In this document: positions 50,875 through 61,258 of the stretch, piece by piece
Layout of the letters: each line of letters starts with the position of its first letter
How positions within the stretch are numbered: the stretch's first letter is position 1
Assembly: GCA_000004985.1 (NCBI GenBank)
Contig: GG738845.1
From: Naegleria gruberi
Lineage: Eukaryota
Direction: 5' to 3' (one strand)
DNA length: 64,000 nt
Program-made: the position numbers and the translations under genes
Notes under the pieces: generated by a model
What the model saw: the letters and a program-made list of their open reading frames with translations, nothing else
What the model was told of the DNA's origin: nothing
Databases searched by the model: none

Positions 50875-52455
50875 ATGTTCCACAACACCTTAGACGTTGT
50901 TGATAAGCCTTACATTCTCAGTAAAAAAATTAAATTTGATGAGGACGACGATAGTGAGGAGAATAGGGATGATTCCGAGCAGGATTATTCATCAGAGGAT
51001 GACTACTCTTCTGAAGAGTCTTCAAATAATCAACAACAACAGGAACAATTAACAATTCATACAGCTCTTCCACAACCAGAATCTAAGAAACCCACCAAAT
51101 CCAGTATCACTGATGTGTTGATAGATAAATTCTATTATGAAACAATGATAGAGATGAATATTAAGGATATTAACTCCAGTAACGGACACTTGCCTGACTT
51201 TAAAGCAAATATTAACAATGTGAATAATGCCAAAAAGAAGTCCCTAGAAGAAATTAATGAGGATGAAATAACGAGTAAAGCCCTTTTGCTTTCCCTGAAG
51301 AAGGATTTGGAGAATGAAATTAGATTTGCAGAGAATGATCTTAGTGATCTCAATGAACAGGAAACCATTTTGTTGATGGGAAATTCAAGATTACAATCGG
51401 AAATTAACTTTAACAAAACTCTTGCTGAGGAAGAAACATCAAATATTTCAGATCTTGGAGAGTTGTCTAAAATAGTGGAGATGGAAGTTGAAAAGAAGGA
51501 GTCTTCAGAACAGAAAAAAATCATAACAAACTTGGAAAACTCAGACAATGACGCTTTTACAAACTCATCCATTGCTTATAACATGTTGAAATTACAATAT
51601 CAAATAGAGGATGCTTCTAGGAAATTGGAGGAAGTAAATTCCATTCACAATCAACATCTCATGGCAAAGAGAAGAAGGATGATAGAAAAGCTCCACCTCA
51701 AAGAAATTAATCAACAAAAGTTAAATTTTGAGAAGAGGGTCAGCGCAGAAACAAAGAGAATTGAAGATAAACACAATCATGATCTTCAAAAACTATTGGA
51801 AGAAAATAGAAAACTCGAAGAACAGGAGCAAATGTTGGAGAGTAAGCTAGAGTTTGTTGTAAATGAAGATGGTGAACAAATTATGAAAACTATGGAAAGG
51901 GTAATGTCAATGTTAAAAGGAAGAGAGGAACTTCCAGATGGAAACTATATTAGTGTTTCCAGAGCAATTGGGTATTATTCCCAATTAAAAGATGCAACCG
52001 AGAAAAATCAATTCACGGTCAAACTCTTTAAAAAGTTTTTAAGGGAACACAAAGAATTCGGCTTTTTCGTATTTGATTTTGAAGACTTTTACGCAGCAGC
52101 CAAAGTGGAGGGTAGCAGTCTTCAATCAGATCAATTAATGACAACCAGTCGAAACATCGAGGAACCTATTCCACAAAAGGTCATTCTCGATCCAACAGAA
52201 AATTTGTACAATAACAGAGAGGAAATGCCCAAGTTTGTCGAACAGGAAGTGCCATCACAACAACGAACACCCTTGCTTAGAAAGAAATCAATTGGAAACA
52301 ATTCAATGTTGACACGATCATCCAATAATACCTCCAATCAAGGCACCAATAGATCGCTCAATAAGAGTGAGGGAAATGCAACAGCACAAGATGTGCTTAA
52401 AAGAAGTATGGGTGTGCTGTCAAAAATCAATCAGATCAAAAAAAATAATAAATAA
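50875..52455 (+). CDS. Hypothetical acidic coiled-coil protein, 526 aa
   Basis: Clean ORF with an A-tract before the ATG. It has an acidic D/E/S-rich N-terminus and central heptad-like region. No recognisable domain. Confidence 0.5.
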   Translation: MFHNTLDVVDKPYILSKKIKFDEDDDSEENRDDSEQDYSSEDDYSSEESSNNQQQQEQLTIHTALPQPESKKPTKSSITDVLIDKFYYETMIEMNIKDINSSNGHLPDFKANINNVNNAKKKSLEEINEDEITSKALLLSLKKDLENEIRFAENDLSDLNEQETILLMGNSRLQSEINFNKTLAEEETSNISDLGELSKIVEMEVEKKESSEQKKIITNLENSDNDAFTNSSIAYNMLKLQYQIEDASRKLEEVNSIHNQHLMAKRRRMIEKLHLKEINQQKLNFEKRVSAETKRIEDKHNHDLQKLLEENRKLEEQEQMLESKLEFVVNEDGEQIMKTMERVMSMLKGREELPDGNYISVSRAIGYYSQLKDATEKNQFTVKLFKKFLREHKEFGFFVFDFEDFYAAAKVEGSSLQSDQLMTTSRNIEEPIPQKVILDPTENLYNNREEMPKFVEQEVPSQQRTPLLRKKSIGNNSMLTRSSNNTSNQGTNRSLNKSEGNATAQDVLKRSMGVLSKINQIKKNNK

Positions 52456-52473
52456 TATCAGAGGAAGAATGTA

Positions 52474-53126
52474 TTACTCTTCATCGCTTTTTGTTTCAGA
52501 TTGTTGAACTTGTTTGTTATTCTCCCTTACTTGACTAACCTTTTTAGAAATGGAAGAAAGAAATGCATCTGCAGACACATTTCCTTTATCATTAGTTGAG
52601 GCAAAAACTCCTTGTTGGGAAACTTCAGGTAATTCCTCTCCTCTTTCAATTCTCCTCTTTTTTTCATTTTCTCCCTATTGATATGTTTTTCAACAATTTA
52701 ATGATAATAACAAATTATTTTTACAATAAATCCACAAATTGAATCCACACTTACAACATAATAAATCAATCCAACAATAAATCCAGCAACAATCATCACA
52801 TTACCCAAATTTTGTGCCAATTTAATTCTTTCTTCTTGTTTTTCCTTTCTCTTACTACCATCCAATTTAGCAGTTAAAAATTCAGATAATTCTCTTTTAA
52901 TATTATACATCTTTTCTTGTGCTTCCTTTCTATCCTTCTTTCTTTCCTCCTCGACATCATTATTCAATAATTTATTCCAAGTTGAAAATGATTTTCCAAA
53001 TTCTTTTCCTGATATTAAATAGTGTTGTCTAAAAGTATCATTGTTGCAACAATTATGTGTTTTAGTTACGATAGTTGCTCGGATTATTCTTCCTTGATTG
53101 AATGCACTTTTTGATTGTTTAATCAT
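52474..53126 (-). CDS. Hypothetical single-pass membrane protein, 2 exons, 190 aa
   Basis: Exons are 53126..52755 and 52674..52474, with an 80-nt intron (GTAAGT...CAATAG). TM segment: NVMIVAGFIVGLIYYV. Exon 2 is an open 66-codon frame ending in TAA at 52474-52476. No family recognised. Confidence 0.45.
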
Positions 53127-53204
53127 TTTTTTAGTAAAATTAATTATTTATCAATTAACACAATAATTTACATATGAACAATATTGAGAATAATAAAAGA
53201 AAAA

Positions 53205-54999
53205 ATGAATGAACAAGTATTATCGAGTACACTTTCACATTTTGAAAGTCTATTCGAAGTTCTTTTAGAAAAACAACAAGAAACTTCTGAACAATTACAA
53301 GAAATTATTTCCGAAAGAAATTCAATATGGCACGAAAAGATTATTCCCAAAATTGAACAATTGTATTATAAAAAGAGAGAATTTCATTTAAATAATGAAT
53401 TTCTCTCGTTAAAATCCAATAGGATGGATTCTCTTGTAAAGGAATTAATCGGAAGAGAGGATGAAAAACAAAACAGATTAATTGAGACTAGAAACATTGT
53501 TAAGGATAAATTTCAAGACTTGTTTAAATTGATAGGGATGGAAATGGATTATTTACATAATTTATCTAACTCTTCAAAAATTGGAGAGGATGCCAAGATC
53601 TTTCTGAAAATTCCAAAGAATTTGGATACTGAAGGGAGAATTGATTATTTATTGAATAATGTAGAGGAAAATATTAGAAACGAGTATAAGGATAAAAATC
53701 AATTGAAATATTACGAGATTGGGAAAAAGTTTGTTGAATATTTCAATCAGAGGGAAAATGAAAAAATTAGGAAAAACAACAAGATCGTCCTCAAGGAACA
53801 AAAGGACAAGCCAATGAATGAAAAATTGAACCAGCTGAGAGGGTTCATTGAAGACACATTCCATTTCAGTACAAGAAAAAAGAGTGAGTAATTTAATTGA
53901 GAATATTGATGGAATATTAATAGTTATCCAAAGTGCTAAATATGTATTATATTGCAAGATTAAATTCAATTATCATTACAATTTTCAACAAATACTGAAT
54001 CAGGAATCAACCATAACAACATTTGATGCTTGGTGTGATAAATATTCAATACTGGAACGGTTCAATAATGAAATAAGGGAAGTATATTACAAACGACAAT
54101 TATTTTCCAATAGTGAGGAGTATGATTTGAATATTCTCAAACCTAGTGTTGAAATAACTAATCATTCAACATTCAACCTCTCCAGAAAAATCTCAGAACC
54201 AAGAAATAACAATCCTATGAAAACTATTCTAGGTCTATATTTATTTTCCCTAATACTTTCAGATCCTATTCTACTAGGTCAAGACGAAACAAAAGTACAA
54301 AGCCTAAGAATATTATTTATTGAACTTGTAAATCGAACGCAATTCAAACATTTTTCTCGGTTGTTGCCTGATATGAAATTGTCAATATTAACAACTAATC
54401 TCGTAAAACTGAAAAGTGAAAAACAGAGCTATTTAAGGTACTTAATTAGCAAATATCAAACATCTCCTCAAGATGAAAAACTACTAAGATTAATGTTTAC
54501 TCTACATAATTGTGGAGTCAACAAGCTTTCTCAAACAAAAAAGAGGGAATTGGAGAAAATTGCAATGTCCATGATATTTCGAGAAGCTGCCAATTGTATT
54601 TCCATTAATGATTTCATGGTCATGTCCAAACTGTATAATATTGAAAATATCATTTCACCTTTATTAGTGGGTAAAAATTTGGAGTTTATCCCTACCGTTT
54701 CAAACCAGAAAAATCATGTCGAAGAATTGTTCCAATTATGGGACATCTTCAGTGAGTTGTTAGAAACATTTAAACAGAACCAGGTTGAAATGATTAAAAG
54801 AGCGAGAATGGAAATAACAGAGAGTATCAAATATATTTGTCAAAAATTGACATCACTTGTGATTTCATCTCAAGAGGGTTCCCTTTTACTTGTAGAAGAA
54901 ATGTTTTCACTTTTGGAATCTTCATACCATTCCCTTAAACATTTTCCTGATCTGCAAAATATGATTGAGCACACCCTTCAGTCCATAATAAAACTGTAA
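53205..54999 (+). CDS. Hypothetical protein, 2 exons, 584 aa
   Basis: Exons are 53205..53883 and 53924..54999, with a 40-nt intron (GTGAGT...TAATAG) that joins the two track ORFs in frame. The track start at 53184 is TTG; the first ATG at 53205 follows an A-tract. The N-terminus is coiled-coil. No family recognised. Confidence 0.5.
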
Positions 55000-55196
55000 T
55001 TCTATTATGATTTCACATTTATTCTTAATAATTATCAGAGTCTCACACAAGTTCTTTAGCATTTCTATAGATTACAAAGTTTAATCACTATTTATCCACA
55101 TAGTACAGATATTCTCCGAATCTGTGATCTATTATGAAAATAGCTAGTGTATTTTCTTACTCACCTCTTTCAGGATGGTAACATCATGATAAGGTG

Positions 55197-56723
55197 TTAT
55201 TGAATTTGTTGTTGGAAAGTCTCAACCTCATTAGAGACAAGTATCTTGATATCCTCAGTTTTAATATCCTCACTGAATTGATAATCAAAATTAGCTTGAC
55301 AAAAGTAAGTATTTTCAGAAGTGTTTGGATCGGTATTATATTCATCCTGATCGAACATTTCTTTCAGATAGGGATGTCTAAGAGCATCTCTAACTGTTAT
55401 TCTCTTTTCAGGATCCCATGTGAGCATTCTTTCAAGCAAATCAATTGCTAATTGATTCGTAACATGTGAAAAGATTTGACCGAAATTCTTCTTTTCATAT
55501 GTTTGCTTAAAGTGAGTCTTCATAAATTTAATTCCTTCACTGCAACCTCTAATTTCCTCATCCTTTGGAGTACCAACCAAACGTAAAATCAATTCCAATT
55601 GATCCTTAAAATCTTTGCCAGGAAACAAAATAGGTCTTCCATTTTTGTGAAGTGGTTTCACTAAGAGTTCCTATTAAAATGACTGTTATTAGAAAGAATA
55701 AAATTATACACATACAGCAAAAATACATCCAATTGACCACATATCCATAGCAGCATGCAATTTGTTCCAATACAAAATCTGATGCAACTATTTAGAAAAT
55801 ACATGTAGATCAGTACTTACAACTTCTGGACTTCTGTACCATCTTGTCACAACATATTTGGAATCTTCTGGATAATCTTGACCAATGGCTCTACTCAAAC
55901 CAAAATCACATATTTGTAAATCCAAATCTCTATTCAGCAGAATATTGCTTGGCTTTAAATCTCTGTGAATTATATTACTGCTATGCATGATATTAACTGC
56001 TTTTAAAATTTCATGAAGAAAGTATTGGATAGATTGTTCACTAAATGTCTGATTACTTGACAAGAGTTTTTCCAAATCAAAATCCATCAAATTGGTGACA
56101 ATATAAATACTTCCAGGTTGATAAGGATCAAAGAATAAATCCTTAAGTAATACAACATTATGGGCACTAAATTGTCTGAAATGTTTCAAAATTTTGATTT
56201 CTCTTAAAATTCTCTTTTGATAATTTCTATCTCTTTCATAGAGACTGGATACTTTTTTAATGGCAACTCTTTCATTATTCTTATTATCCAATGCACTCAC
56301 AACACAACCAAATCCACCAGCTCCTTTTACACCATCCATTGTATATCTCTTTGGTAATGAAAATGTGTTTCCATTTACAGAATATTGTACATATTCCGGA
56401 GAGGAAGTTTGTCTACTTGCTTGTTGACCAGTAAACATTTGATTATTATTCGGATATGATGAATTTCCTCCATTAAATAATTGTTGTTGTTGATTATAGT
56501 ATTGTTGCTGTTGTTGTTGATAGATATCATGTTGATGAGCCTGAATGAATGAAGCTTGATCGGAATATTGTTGTTGAGTATTGTAATTTGAACCATTGTA
56601 TTGCGGTTGTTGTTGTTGTTGATTTCCCATCACCATGTTCATATTGTTCAGTTGTTGGTGTTGGTAGGAATTATTGTTGTTGTGGTGTTGTGGAAGCATT
56701 TTTATTATTTTAATATTCTTCAT
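55197..56723 (-). CDS. MAP-kinase-like Ser/Thr kinase with Q/N-rich N-terminus and atypical S-K-Y activation loop, 3 exons, about 479 aa
   Basis: Exons are 56723..55821, 55778..55716 and 55670..55197. Introns are 42 and 45 nt; a 33-nt alternative for intron 1 is also in frame. GAGGFGCVVSA, VAIKK, HRDLKPSNILL, DFGLSR, SKYVVTRWYRSPEV|ILYWNKLHAAMDMWSIGCIFA|ELLVKP. An alternative ATG lies at 56699. Confidence 0.8.
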
Positions 56724-56915
56724 TCAGGAAATGAATCCGTGATGAGTATTTAGGGTGATGTTGAAGGCTTATTGTTGATGTTCACACAAATCAGAATGCT
56801 CACCAAGACCCTTATTTAAAATCTTCCGAACACATGATTCAAGTTGAGAAGTTCCCTTATGAGGAAATATTTTAAGGTTAAGAAGGTGTTTTATTGACTC
56901 ACTCCGAAACTTTGG

Positions 56916-58031
56916 TTAATTAACCAATAATTCAGATCGAATAGAGGATGTAATTTCTTCCCAATTTGAAGCAAAGTGTGGAGAGGGAATGAGAGTTGTT
57001 TGAACTTGTTGAATGCTGCTAGCGGCATTTTGAGGGAGCTTTGAGAGTGGAATGCCCAATCTTTTGAAGAGGGATAGTATAGTTGTTTCCTCATTATTTC
57101 TCGGATGATAAAGTATGCCATTAGTTTCTAGAATGCATCTCAAATCATTGACAGAGTCGCCAATGTATATTGTCTTACTGGTATCTCTACTGATGAAGAG
57201 ATGATGTCTGAGGGACATGAGTTTGTCCATTGAGGTGACACATTGCTTGGAAGAAAATTTTCCAGTTGAAATTCCATTCTCGTTAAATTGTAAATCATTC
57301 GTGTAAATGTAAATGTTTGGAAATGAGCTATTCTCTACACTCCACTGAGTAGGAATGGTTGGAATTACTTCAGGGTTGGTAAGAGTTTCATTAATTCTAT
57401 CTACTGAAAATATATTCAAATGAGTATTTACATGTTTTTGAACATTTTGTTTGATAAATGATTGAATGACATCAAAAGACCAATTACTGGATATAATACA
57501 AAGCTCAATATTTTTCTTCTTTCCAAACTCATAAAGTAATTCGAATAATGACTCACATTGAGGAGCAAGCTCAGTGTGAAATTTTTTTGGCAACTCTTCG
57601 AGATCTTTCTTAGAAAGACCCTCCAATAGATTATTTTGCTCTACTGAATTTACTCCAAATAACTCTACATGATCCATTTCATTCAAGAAATCAGATATAT
57701 TTGACATGGATATATTTCCTTCATATTTTGACAGAATAGTCTCGTATTTCTTTAAAAAGTCGTTTGAAACCATTTCCCAAGCTTGATTCTTTTCTGGATT
57801 TTTTAAAAGTTGTGGAATTAATGTGCAAGTATCAGATTTAGTTATGGTAGAATCAAAATCAACAAATAATCTCAAATTGCTTCTGCTCTTCCTTCCATTA
57901 TTCATTTCGGAATATGAATTATATTTCTTGATTGCATGAAATTTTCTGCACAAATTTTGACCAACTCTGTCTAATGATAACATTTGAGAAGAAGGTCTTT
58001 GCAACAGATGATCAAAGATTATTCTTTTCAT
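56916..58031 (-). CDS. HAD-superfamily hydrolase (subfamily IB-like phosphatase), about 371 aa
   Basis: Motif I is LFVDFDSTITKSDT (DxDxT) and motif IV is IYIGDSVNDLRCI. The track start at 58058 is TTG; the first ATG is 58031. Confidence 0.6.
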   Translation of the reverse strand: MKRIIFDHLLQRPSSQMLSLDRVGQNLCRKFHAIKKYNSYSEMNNGRKSRSNLRLFVDFDSTITKSDTCTLIPQLLKNPEKNQAWEMVSNDFLKKYETILSKYEGNISMSNISDFLNEMDHVELFGVNSVEQNNLLEGLSKKDLEELPKKFHTELAPQCESLFELLYEFGKKKNIELCIISSNWSFDVIQSFIKQNVQKHVNTHLNIFSVDRINETLTNPEVIPTIPTQWSVENSSFPNIYIYTNDLQFNENGISTGKFSSKQCVTSMDKLMSLRHHLFISRDTSKTIYIGDSVNDLRCILETNGILYHPRNNEETTILSLFKRLGIPLSKLPQNAASSIQQVQTTLIPSPHFASNWEEITSSIRSELLVN

Positions 58032-58356
58032 GATGAAGGAGTCAAGGTGTGGAGGCAATTTTTTGGATATGTTTTCTTCTCTAGAATTTCCGAGAATGGT
58101 CCGTAAGAAGTAAGGATTTTATTTTCCGCACTTTGGAAAATCTCCAATTATTCGTTTGAAGCTTAAATTGAACGTTCTTGTAAGAAATTGTTGAATTTTC
58201 AATAGAATTAGTAAGGAAGTGACAAGTATTCAACGTTAAACAAGGTTCGAATTAAGGTCGATTGGTTTTGGTTGACCAATTCCAACAGACAAATTATGAT
58301 CGATAAAAATTATCATTTTTGAACAGGAAAATTGTTGTGAAATAATTATTGATAAT

Positions 58357-59358
58357 TTATTTCTTACGTCTAAGATTAGCAACGAAACCTTGCTTAACAG
58401 CTTGCACAGTTCTTGAAGCTTGGCAGTTAGAACAGTGAATAGAATAGAGACGAGTTGTGGAATCACGGTTGAGTCTAGTGTCCAAACTATTACAAATCTT
58501 ACAAACAACATATTCGGTAATGTACTTTCTCAACAAGTTTTCAATATCCTTACTCTTGAATGCACCACGAATAACAAGTCTGTTGCTACCATCCAAGTTA
58601 CCAGTTGTACCCAATTCGGCGAACAAGTAGTCCAAGACGTGTTGTTCAGCACGATGTAAGTTGGCACAAATTTCAGTAAAGTTGATAAGAACAGTCTTCT
58701 TTGGACCGTCTCTGGCAACTTGTGGAGTTTTAACCTTGATTGGCTTTCTCTTACCACCACCCAATTCTGGGTTGTTCTTCTTGAGTGTATCGAAAATACG
58801 TTCTAAAAGTTCTGGGTACTTGTAGTCACGATCAGACTTGTTCCAAGCGAGTGGACCATGGTCTTCATCCTTGGCCAAAAGTGAAGCCAAATCTCTTCCA
58901 GAATTTTCCATATCACCTTCACCTTCCTTATCTTCACTCCAGTAGGATCCTCCAGTGCTTTGGGATTGTTGTTTCTTGCTGAGAATTTGAGCAACTTCGG
59001 TACTCTTCTTTGTCTTTAACAAATCAATAATTTCTGATACTTGTTCATCATCTTCAACATTAATATCAATGTCTTGAGAGTTATCAGTTGGAAGAACCTT
59101 TTCCAAAGCTTCCTTGAAAAGTTTGGCCTATTTTAAAATATTAATTTAATAAATTGATGATGATTAAAAACTTACAGCATCCTTGAGAATGACTTGCAAT
59201 TCTTCGGAGTCTACCTTATCTTCAGAGGATTTCTTCTTCTTTTCGGTTTTTTCAGTCTTTTCTGTCTTTTCAGTCTTTTCAGCTTTTTCTGATGACTTTT
59301 TTGTGGTCTTCTTCTTCTTCAAGTCGAGACCGAGGGCCTTTTCGTCTACAACGCTCAT
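58357..59358 (-). CDS. EIF2S2: Translation initiation factor eIF2 beta subunit, 2 exons, 317 aa
   Basis: Exons are 59358..59176 and 59127..58357, with a 48-nt intron (GTAAGT...AAATAG). N-terminal lysine boxes (KKKKTTKK, KKKK) are present. The core reads YKYPELLERIF..L..NNPEL...VLINFTEICANLHRAEQHVLDYLFAELGTTGNLDG..RLVIRG. The C4 zinc ribbon is CKICNSLDT...CSNC. Confidence 0.9.
59241..59290 (-). repeat. 9-nt tandem repeat (GAAAAGACN)n encoding (EKT)n in eIF2-beta exon 1
   Basis: The plus strand reads TTTCGGTTTTTTCAGTCTTTTCTGTCTTTTCAGTCTTTTCAGCTTTTTC. It encodes EKAEKTEKTEKTEKTEKKK. Confidence 0.8.
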
Positions 59359-59750
59359 TTTTTTATTCAATTTTATTTTAAAATTTTAAAATGTTTTTGT
59401 TTTTTAATATTCTTACAGGTGTAAAACGAGAAATGTACCTCTATTTTTATAATTGTGTTATCATTAAATTCAATGTGAAAGTGTATCATATTTTGAGATT
59501 TTCAATATTTGTGTTTCATTTTCTTAGTGTATTTTTAATAGCTCTTGTTTTTTAAAAATTGTTTTGCACTGTAATTTGGAACAGTAATTGTGAATTGAGT
59601 CAATGGGTCTTTTCAAATCTAAAGTAAATTGTACGATTCCTATGAATGTACCAAGTTACACTTGTGGAACTTACCAAACACGCAAAATACAAACGGCTGA
59701 TATTACATTAGAAACGATTTCTGAGGTTTCGAAGAAACTAAGTAAAAAAT

Positions 59751-61124
59751 ATGTCCTTCGCCAAAGGCTGTCTTACATACATTCTGGTCTCGTTACTCAT
59801 ACTATCGCTTCTATTGAACTTTTTTCTCACTATAAAGCATTCAAGAAAGGAGACGAAACGAGCCGAATCCAAACCATCATTTATTGATAAATCGGAAAAT
59901 GAAACACTTCCACCTTCTTCACGTGAAGAAGAATTAATCGACCATTCTGATAAGCTATCATCATCATCGGCACTACTTATTAATAATACAAATAATACAA
60001 CAACCAATAGAACAACAAAGTGTCCCACTCGCTTCGGAAACTTTATGAAACCTGAAGTATTTGAACAAGAGAAGAAGAGAAAGAGGCTACCACCCAATGA
60101 ATCACCCATCGTAACACTACCAACCTTTATTCCGATGGAAGTTAAGAAGGATAAAAAGAGGTATGCCATTCTGAATGAATATTGGATACCTAAGGATGAA
60201 GAGTTTGATTTGATTGTATTAATGCCAACTATGGCTCGTAAAGATAATGGAACTGATACACTACTCACCTATTTGAATAGTACAATTTATGGATATTATC
60301 ATCAGTTGAGGGTTGAGCCAGATCCCATCATTCAGGGAAAGAAAATTCTATTCATTATTCAAGCATTTGTCAATGAGATGGAACATGAATTATTTTATGA
60401 ACTTAGGGAACAGTATAGTCATGTGAAGGAGTTTGTGTTTTTTGTTCCACCTTTCAGATTTACTGATCCATATAGAGATGTTCCAAAAGTTAACTATAGA
60501 GATCCAAATAATCCATATCCTGGAAAGATGGCTCGACAACAAACGTGTGATATTGCCTTTCTGACAGATTTCATTTTGAGAAATTTCAAATTCAAATATT
60601 TAATGTATACAGAGGATGATTTTGTTCCATGCAATAACCTTTTAAAAACCACATTCGAAACTTTAAATGATATTGAATGGTTCTATTCTGAAGAGAATGC
60701 GGATAGACAAGAGTTTGATAAGGGATTCTGTTCATTGAAATTGGCAACAGGATTGGGAGGATTAATTCTCAGCCCAGTTTCTGCTGAAATTTTTCTGAAA
60801 CACATTAAGGATAACATTCAATTAGAACCAATTGACATTCTCGTTATATTTGTACTTTATAGCAGAGAAATGACATCATCATATGATACCTGTGTGAGAA
60901 GGGGTCTCAGCTCCTATGTCTATCGTAAAAGTCAATTGGAACACATTGGAGGAATTAGTAATTGGGTCGAGAGAAATAATCATTCCAAGTTTGGTAATCG
61001 TTTATACTCTTGTGGATGGGGTTTGGAAGGAGGTGTCTTATGGGATGTTGGACATGCCAATAAGTTTAACCCAACTCACAGAAAATGTCCAAGGAATAAT
61101 CGAAAGCTAGTACCATGTGTTTAG
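59751..61124 (+). CDS. Type II membrane glycosyltransferase, MGAT4 (GT54)-like, 457 aa
   Basis: Signal anchor: CLTYILVSLLILSLLLNFFL. Blocks resembling GnT-IV: DLIVLMPTMARK...YL..T, MARQQTCDIAFLTDFIL...KYLMYTEDDFVP, LKLATGLGGLILS. This family assignment is from memory of motif patterns only. Confidence 0.45.
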   Translation: MSFAKGCLTYILVSLLILSLLLNFFLTIKHSRKETKRAESKPSFIDKSENETLPPSSREEELIDHSDKLSSSSALLINNTNNTTTNRTTKCPTRFGNFMKPEVFEQEKKRKRLPPNESPIVTLPTFIPMEVKKDKKRYAILNEYWIPKDEEFDLIVLMPTMARKDNGTDTLLTYLNSTIYGYYHQLRVEPDPIIQGKKILFIIQAFVNEMEHELFYELREQYSHVKEFVFFVPPFRFTDPYRDVPKVNYRDPNNPYPGKMARQQTCDIAFLTDFILRNFKFKYLMYTEDDFVPCNNLLKTTFETLNDIEWFYSEENADRQEFDKGFCSLKLATGLGGLILSPVSAEIFLKHIKDNIQLEPIDILVIFVLYSREMTSSYDTCVRRGLSSYVYRKSQLEHIGGISNWVERNNHSKFGNRLYSCGWGLEGGVLWDVGHANKFNPTHRKCPRNNRKLVPCV

Positions 61125-61258
61125 TTAGAGCTGTTCTCAAATCTTTAAGAAATCTTAATAAAACACAAACGAACAAAACACGAACATTGTACCAATTTCA
61201 ACAATATTTAATGCATTTCATTGTGAACTCATATTAGATCAAGCAAGTTGTAAAAAAA

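Noticed and set aside
55788-55820. 33-nt alternative for MAPK intron 1 (acceptor AATAG at 55788)
   Set aside because: It is also in frame. However, the 42-nt version (acceptor CATCAG at 55779) gives the canonical spacing RWYRSPEV|ILYWNK..DMWS and matches the common 42-nt intron size. RNA-seq is needed to decide.
58240-58275. tRNA-like GGTTCGAAT T-loop strings (58245 region; also about 20155 inside spermidine synthase)
   Set aside because: The flanks have no complementary T-stem, acceptor stem or anticodon arm, and one of the two lies inside a conserved CDS.
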